The translations under genes were made by a program, and so were the position numbers. 64,000 bases of DNA. It comes from Thermoanaerobaculia bacterium. GTDB lineage: Bacteria; Acidobacteriota; Thermoanaerobaculia; Multivoradales; JAHEKO01. The stretch lies in assembly GCA_049678185.1 (NCBI GenBank), contig JBAUDS010000369.1, forward strand, positions 354 to 64,353, given 5' to 3'. Within the stretch, counting starts at the first letter, position 1. Each line of letters starts with the position of its first letter. This document shows positions 59,569 through 64,000 of this stretch, one piece after another. The notes under the pieces are model-generated. The model was not told the origin of the DNA. It made no database searches and saw nothing but the letters and a program-made list of their open reading frames with translations.

Positions 59569-62490
59569 ATGATCGGCGAGACCGTATCGCATTACAAAGT
59601 CATCGAAAAGCTCGGCGGCGGCGGGATGGGTGTGGTCTACAAGGCCGAGGACACTAAACTGGGCCGTCAGGTGGCGCTCAAGTTCCTGCCCGAGGCGATC
59701 GCCGAAGACCCGCAGGCGCTGGAACGTTTTCTGCGCGAGGCGCGAGCAGCCGCGGCTCTCAACCACCCGCACATCTGCACCATCTACGAGATCGACGAGC
59801 ACGACGGGGCGCCCTTTATCGCCATGGAGCTGCTCGAGGGGCAGACCCTCAAGCACGCCATCGCGTCCGGTCCGCTGCGGAGCGACACCGTCCTCGCCGC
59901 TGGGGTCCAGATCGCCGATGCCCTGACGGCGGCGCATGCCAAGGGGATCGTCCACCGCGACATCAAACCGGCCAACATCTTTTTGACGGCCGGCGGTCAC
60001 GCCAAGATCCTCGATTTCGGTCTGGCCAAGCTGGCACCGCAGGCCGGTGGCGCCTCGATGTCCTCCGACTCGACCAAGGGAGCCGATCTTACCAGCCCCG
60101 GATCGGCGGTCGGCACCGTGGCCTATATGTCGCCCGAGCAAGCGCTGGGCGAGGAGATCGACACCCGTACCGATCTCTTCTCGCTGGGAGTCGTCCTCTA
60201 CGAGATGGTCACCGGGCGTCAGGCCTTTACCGGCGCCGGCTCGGTGGCGATCTTCGACGCCATCCTGCACAAGGCTCCGGTGCCGGTGGCCAGGGCCCAT
60301 CCCGAGGTACCGCCGGAGCTGGAGCAGGTCATCGACAAGGCGCTCGAGAAGGACAGGAATCTGCGCTACCAGACAGCCGGAGACCTGGCGGCCGATCTAC
60401 GCCGGTTGGCGCGGGACACCGATACCGGACACTCGGTGGCCGCGAGCGCCATCTCGGTGCCGGCGGCCACACCGCCGCCGGCCGCCGCTGAGCCGGCTGC
60501 CCAGACCATGCCGCAGGCGGCGGTGGTTTCGGAGTCGACCAGTGGCTCGGCGATCAGCGCCTCCAAGATCCAGGCTATCGACCGCGCCGGTGCCCGCCAT
60601 TGGAAGGCGGTGGTCGGTGCGATGTTGGTGCTGGGAGCCCTGGCCGTCGCGGCAACCTGGTACTTTGGCCGAGAACCGGCTCTTACCGAAGAAGACGTGG
60701 TGGTGCTGACCGATTTCGTCAACACCACCGGCGATCCGGTCTTCGACGGCACGCTCAAACAGGCCCTTGCCGTCAAGCTGCGCGAGTCTCCGTTTCTCAA
60801 CGTCATGCCCGAGGAGACGGTGCGCGAGACCCTCGAGTTGATGGCTCGCTCCCCCGACGACCGTGTCACCCGGGCGGTGGGACGCGAGCTCTGCCAGCGG
60901 CGAGGGGTCAAGGCGATGATGACCGGCGAGGTGGCGCCGATCGGCAGCAGCTATGTCGTCACCCTGGGGGCGGTCGACTGCCAGAGCGGCGACTCGCTGG
61001 CCCTGTTGCAGGCCGAGGCCGGGAGCAAGGAGGGGGTGTTGGAGGCGCTGGGCGACGCCGCCACCCGGATTCGCCGTCAGCTGGGAGAGTCGCTGGCCAC
61101 GATCGAGCGTTTCGACGCCCCTATCGAGCAAGCCACGACCGGGTCGTTGGAGGCCTTCAAATCCTTTGTGCTGGGGGTCGAGGAGCGGGCGAGCTCCGGG
61201 GACAAGAACGCGATTCCCTACTTCGAGCGCGCCATCGAGCTCGATCCCAACTTCGCTCTCGCTCACGCCCGGCTGGGTACGGCCTACGGCAATCTGTTCG
61301 AGCCCGAGAAGGCCAGCGAGTATAGGAAGCGCGCTTTCGAGCTCCGCGATCGCGTCAGCGAGCTGGAGCGGCTTTACATCAGCGCCCACTACTATGGCTC
61401 CGCCCTCGGTGATCTGAACAAGCAGATCGAGACCTACGAGCTCTGGAAGCGGACCTATCCCCGCGATTGGACCCCCCACAACAACCTGGCCGTCGGCTAT
61501 ACCCATCAGATCGGCGAATTCGACAAGGCTTTGGTGGAAGCCCAAGAGGCGTTTCGTCTCCAGCCGAATCACATCTTCGCCCGCCAAAACCTGGCTTGGG
61601 CCTACCTGATCGCCGGTCGCACCGATGAGGCCGCAGCCCTCAGCCGCCAGGCTCTTGACAAGGGATCCAAATCCGAGACTCTCAGCATGGTCTTGTGGCT
61701 CATCGCCCGCGCCGAAGGGGACCCGGAGACGATGCGTGAGCAGGTGGACTTGCAGAAGGGCACCATCGGCGAGATCTGGATGGCCAAACTGCAGTCCGAG
61801 GCCGCCATCGAGGAGGGAAAGCTGGGCGAGGGACGACAGCACGGCCGGCGATCCGTGGAAGTGGCACAACGCTTCGAGCTTGCCGAGATGGCGTCGCTGT
61901 TCGCCTCTCAGACTGCCGTCTCCGAAGCCCTTCATGCCAACAACGACGAGGCTCTGGGTCTGGCCGAAGAGGCACTGGCCATGGCTCGCAGCCGGGACTC
62001 CATGGCCTATGCCGCGGTGGCCCTGGCGGCAGCCGGCGCCACTTCGGCGGCCGAGGAGCTGCTTGCCAAGTTGAACGAGCGTTTTCCGCAGGACACCCTG
62101 ATCCAGAACGTCTACCTCCCCGCAGCCCGGGCGGCCCAGGCGATGCGGATGGGAGACCCCGCCGCGGCCATCGAGCAGCTCGCGGCCGCTACCCCGTATG
62201 AACGGGCCTACCTCTGGATCATCTATCTCCGGGGTCTTGCCTATCTCGAGCAGAATCTCACCGAGGAGGCTGCCGCCGAGTTCCTCAAGATCGACGAGGT
62301 GCATGGGGTCTGGGAGACGGTGCCGGTCCGCTCGCTGGCGCTGTTGGGTCTGGCTCGCGCCCAGGCCATGAGCGGCGAAACCGCCGGGGCCCGCCGCGCC
62401 TACGACGATCTATTCGTCACCTGGAAGAACGCCGACACAGGCTTCGAGCCTTACCGGCTGGCCCAGACCGAGTACTCGGCGCTTGAGTAG
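59569..62490 (+). CDS. Serine/threonine protein kinase with a C-terminal TPR / helical-repeat domain (973 aa).
   Basis: Hanks-type kinase subdomains ([11 protein letters not shown]...VALKFL; [11 protein letters not shown]; DFGLAK; [11 protein letters not shown]). A predicted TM segment after the kinase domain ([20 protein letters not shown]). A long TPR-like C-terminal region. Confidence 0.85.
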   Translation: MIGETVSHYKVIEKLGGGGMGVVYKAEDTKLGRQVALKFLPEAIAEDPQALERFLREARAAAALNHPHICTIYEIDEHDGAPFIAMELLEGQTLKHAIASGPLRSDTVLAAGVQIADALTAAHAKGIVHRDIKPANIFLTAGGHAKILDFGLAKLAPQAGGASMSSDSTKGADLTSPGSAVGTVAYMSPEQALGEEIDTRTDLFSLGVVLYEMVTGRQAFTGAGSVAIFDAILHKAPVPVARAHPEVPPELEQVIDKALEKDRNLRYQTAGDLAADLRRLARDTDTGHSVAASAISVPAATPPPAAAEPAAQTMPQAAVVSESTSGSAISASKIQAIDRAGARHWKAVVGAMLVLGALAVAATWYFGREPALTEEDVVVLTDFVNTTGDPVFDGTLKQALAVKLRESPFLNVMPEETVRETLELMARSPDDRVTRAVGRELCQRRGVKAMMTGEVAPIGSSYVVTLGAVDCQSGDSLALLQAEAGSKEGVLEALGDAATRIRRQLGESLATIERFDAPIEQATTGSLEAFKSFVLGVEERASSGDKNAIPYFERAIELDPNFALAHARLGTAYGNLFEPEKASEYRKRAFELRDRVSELERLYISAHYYGSALGDLNKQIETYELWKRTYPRDWTPHNNLAVGYTHQIGEFDKALVEAQEAFRLQPNHIFARQNLAWAYLIAGRTDEAAALSRQALDKGSKSETLSMVLWLIARAEGDPETMREQVDLQKGTIGEIWMAKLQSEAAIEEGKLGEGRQHGRRSVEVAQRFELAEMASLFASQTAVSEALHANNDEALGLAEEALAMARSRDSMAYAAVALAAAGATSAAEELLAKLNERFPQDTLIQNVYLPAARAAQAMRMGDPAAAIEQLAAATPYERAYLWIIYLRGLAYLEQNLTEEAAAEFLKIDEVHGVWETVPVRSLALLGLARAQAMSGETAGARRAYDDLFVTWKNADTGFEPYRLAQTEYSALE

Positions 62491-62513
62491 AAAAGAGCTC
62501 CATCACAGGAAGG

Positions 62514-64000
62514 CTAGGCTCTGTTGGCAGTGGCAAAGAGCTTGGCCAGATCCGGCTTGGTCACCTTGCCCATGGCATTCTGCGGCAGCGCATTGAGCTT
62601 TAGGAGACGGCTGGGCACCTTGTAGGCCGCCAGGCGTTCCTTGGCCCAGGTGCGGAGCTCCTCGAGGGATAGCTTCGTCCCCGCGCGCAGAGTGACAGCG
62701 GCTCCGACCCGCTGACCCCACTCCGGGTCGTCCAGACCGACGACGGCGCAGTCGCGGATCGACGGGTGCTCATGCAGGACGGCCTCGATCTCCAGGGCCG
62801 ACACCTTGAAGCCCCCGGTCTTGATGATGTCGACGCTCCGGCGGCCGAGGATGCGGTAGGACCCCTGCTCTACCACGGCGATGTCGCCGGTGCGGAACCA
62901 GTCGCCACGGAAGGCGGACCGGGTGGCCGCTGATTGGCGCCAGTACTCCAGAAAGACTCCGGGGCCACGAACCTCGATCTCGCCGGGTTCCTCGGCCGCG
63001 ACGGCCTCCCCGGCCTCGTTCACTCTCCGCACCTCGACCCCGGGCAGCGGCTGGCCGACATGACCTGGTAACCGCTGGTCGTGGAGCGGATTGGAGAGCG
63101 CCATCCCGATCTCGGTCATGCCGTAGCGCTCGAGCAGGGTGTGCCCGGTGATCTCCTGCCAGCGCTCGAACATCGGGACCGGCAGCGCCGCCGAACCGGA
63201 GACCATGAGACGCAGACTCCCACAGGCCTGCGACAGCGAGCGCTGTCTGTCAGGCGACATCCTCTCCCAGGCAGCAATCAGTTTGGCGTAGATAGTCGGC
63301 ACCGCCATGAACAGACTCAGATCGCTCCCCTCTATCCGACCCCAGACATCGTCCGCATCGAACCCAGGCAGCATCTCGCAGCGGGCTCCCGACCACAGCG
63401 CACAGCCCACCACGTTGATGATGCCGTGCACATGATGGAGTGGCAGGGCGAGCAGGATCTTGTCGTCGGGCCTCCACTCCCAGGCTTCGACCAGCGACTC
63501 GATCTGAGCTTGGATGGTCTGGTGGGTAAAGACCACCCCTTTCGGCCGGCTGGTCGTGCCGCTGGTATAGACGATCATGGCGCGCCGCTTGGGCTCGATC
63601 TCGGGCAGCTCCGCCTCGCCCGGCGGCGGTGCGTCGGCCAGTAGCTCCTCGAGGGTTGTCAGCCTTAGACCCCTCTCTTCGGCGATCGGGCCCAAACGCC
63701 CGACCCAATCGGACAGGGCCACCAGCACCTCGGGCTCCACATCGTCGATCACATACTCGAGCTCCGGCTGTGGATGCGACGTACAAAGGGGTACCGCGAC
63801 ACCGCCGGCCCGCCAGACCCCCCATTGCACCGCCGCATAGGCGTAGCTCGGGGGGAACAGAAAAGCGACCCGTGCCTCCGCCAAATCGCTGCGGGCACCA
63901 AGCAGCGACCCGGCCACACGGCTCGAGTCGGCCAACAGCCGCTGGTAGGAGAAGTGCCCTTCGATCGCCTCGATCACCAGACGGTCGCCATGCCCGGCCG
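62514..64000 (-). CDS. AMP-dependent synthetase/ligase (acyl-CoA synthetase family), 5' end beyond the window.
   Basis: AMP-binding motif I (MIVYTSGTTSRPKGVVFTHQ), motif II (YGMTEIG), ...GDIA...GRRSVDIIKTGGFKVSALEIE, and a C-terminal Lys (MGKVTKPDL). The reading frame stays open to position 64000. Confidence 0.8.
   Translation of the reverse strand, partial: AGHGDRLVIEAIEGHFSYQRLLADSSRVAGSLLGARSDLAEARVAFLFPPSYAYAAVQWGVWRAGGVAVPLCTSHPQPELEYVIDDVEPEVLVALSDWVGRLGPIAEERGLRLTTLEELLADAPPPGEAELPEIEPKRRAMIVYTSGTTSRPKGVVFTHQTIQAQIESLVEAWEWRPDDKILLALPLHHVHGIINVVGCALWSGARCEMLPGFDADDVWGRIEGSDLSLFMAVPTIYAKLIAAWERMSPDRQRSLSQACGSLRLMVSGSAALPVPMFERWQEITGHTLLERYGMTEIGMALSNPLHDQRLPGHVGQPLPGVEVRRVNEAGEAVAAEEPGEIEVRGPGVFLEYWRQSAATRSAFRGDWFRTGDIAVVEQGSYRILGRRSVDIIKTGGFKVSALEIEAVLHEHPSIRDCAVVGLDDPEWGQRVGAAVTLRAGTKLSLEELRTWAKERLAAYKVPSRLLKLNALPQNAMGKVTKPDLAKLFATANRA

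Noticed and set aside
60397-62304. 635-aa minus-strand ORF antisense to the Ser/Thr kinase.
   Set aside because: Antisense shadow ORF. The plus-strand kinase has all the Hanks motifs.

Overview
This is a 64 kb, high-GC (roughly 65-70% by eye) bacterial chromosomal segment that is densely coded on both strands. Many gene pairs show 1-8 nt start/stop overlaps, which indicates operons. No rRNA, tRNA, CRISPR array, transposase or integrase was recognised.

The content, in order along the window:
- A partial outer-membrane beta-barrel gene at the left edge.
- A minus-strand operon of an S9 peptidase, a GT2 glycosyltransferase and a PNP_UDP nucleosidase.
- A DUF374 acyltransferase-like gene.
- A P5C dehydrogenase / TPP-enzyme operon.
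- A cluster of DUF423, a bacilliredoxin-like protein, and a DJ-1 protein / micro-ORF / PutP-like Na+/proline symporter operon.
- A complete chemosensory cluster (CheA-CheW-MCP-HEAT-CheR-CheB), divergent from an operon of a CheY-like receiver, a GAF protein and a PilZ/AMIN membrane protein.
- A 34-bp perfect inverted repeat.
- An AhpD-like (carboxymuconolactone decarboxylase family) gene whose active-site CxxC codon is an in-frame TGA followed by a hairpin. This is a candidate selenoprotein.
- A lower-GC MBL-fold hydrolase gene.
- lepA followed by hemW.
- A ~1000-aa BNR/sortilin-like secreted protein.
- A tightly coupled six-gene operon: molybdenum-hydroxylase FAD subunit, 2Fe-2S subunit, amidase, FdrA, DUF1116, molybdopterin subunit. 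A secreted cupin and an NCS2 nucleobase permease flank it. This is a candidate novel N-heterocycle/ureide catabolic module.
- Two ECF sigma/anti-sigma modules linked to VWA or VIT-VWA proteins. They converge on a palindromic terminator.
- A CRTAC1-like FG-GAP protein and TPR proteins.
- A DUF442 phosphatase-like protein, a PLP decarboxylase, a Ser/Thr kinase with TPR repeats, and a partial acyl-CoA synthetase.

The taxonomic impression is Acidobacteria-like. This rests on two paralogous VWA proteins resembling the Acidobacterial VWFA-related family, BNR/sortilin and CRTAC1-type proteins, and high GC. It is inference only.
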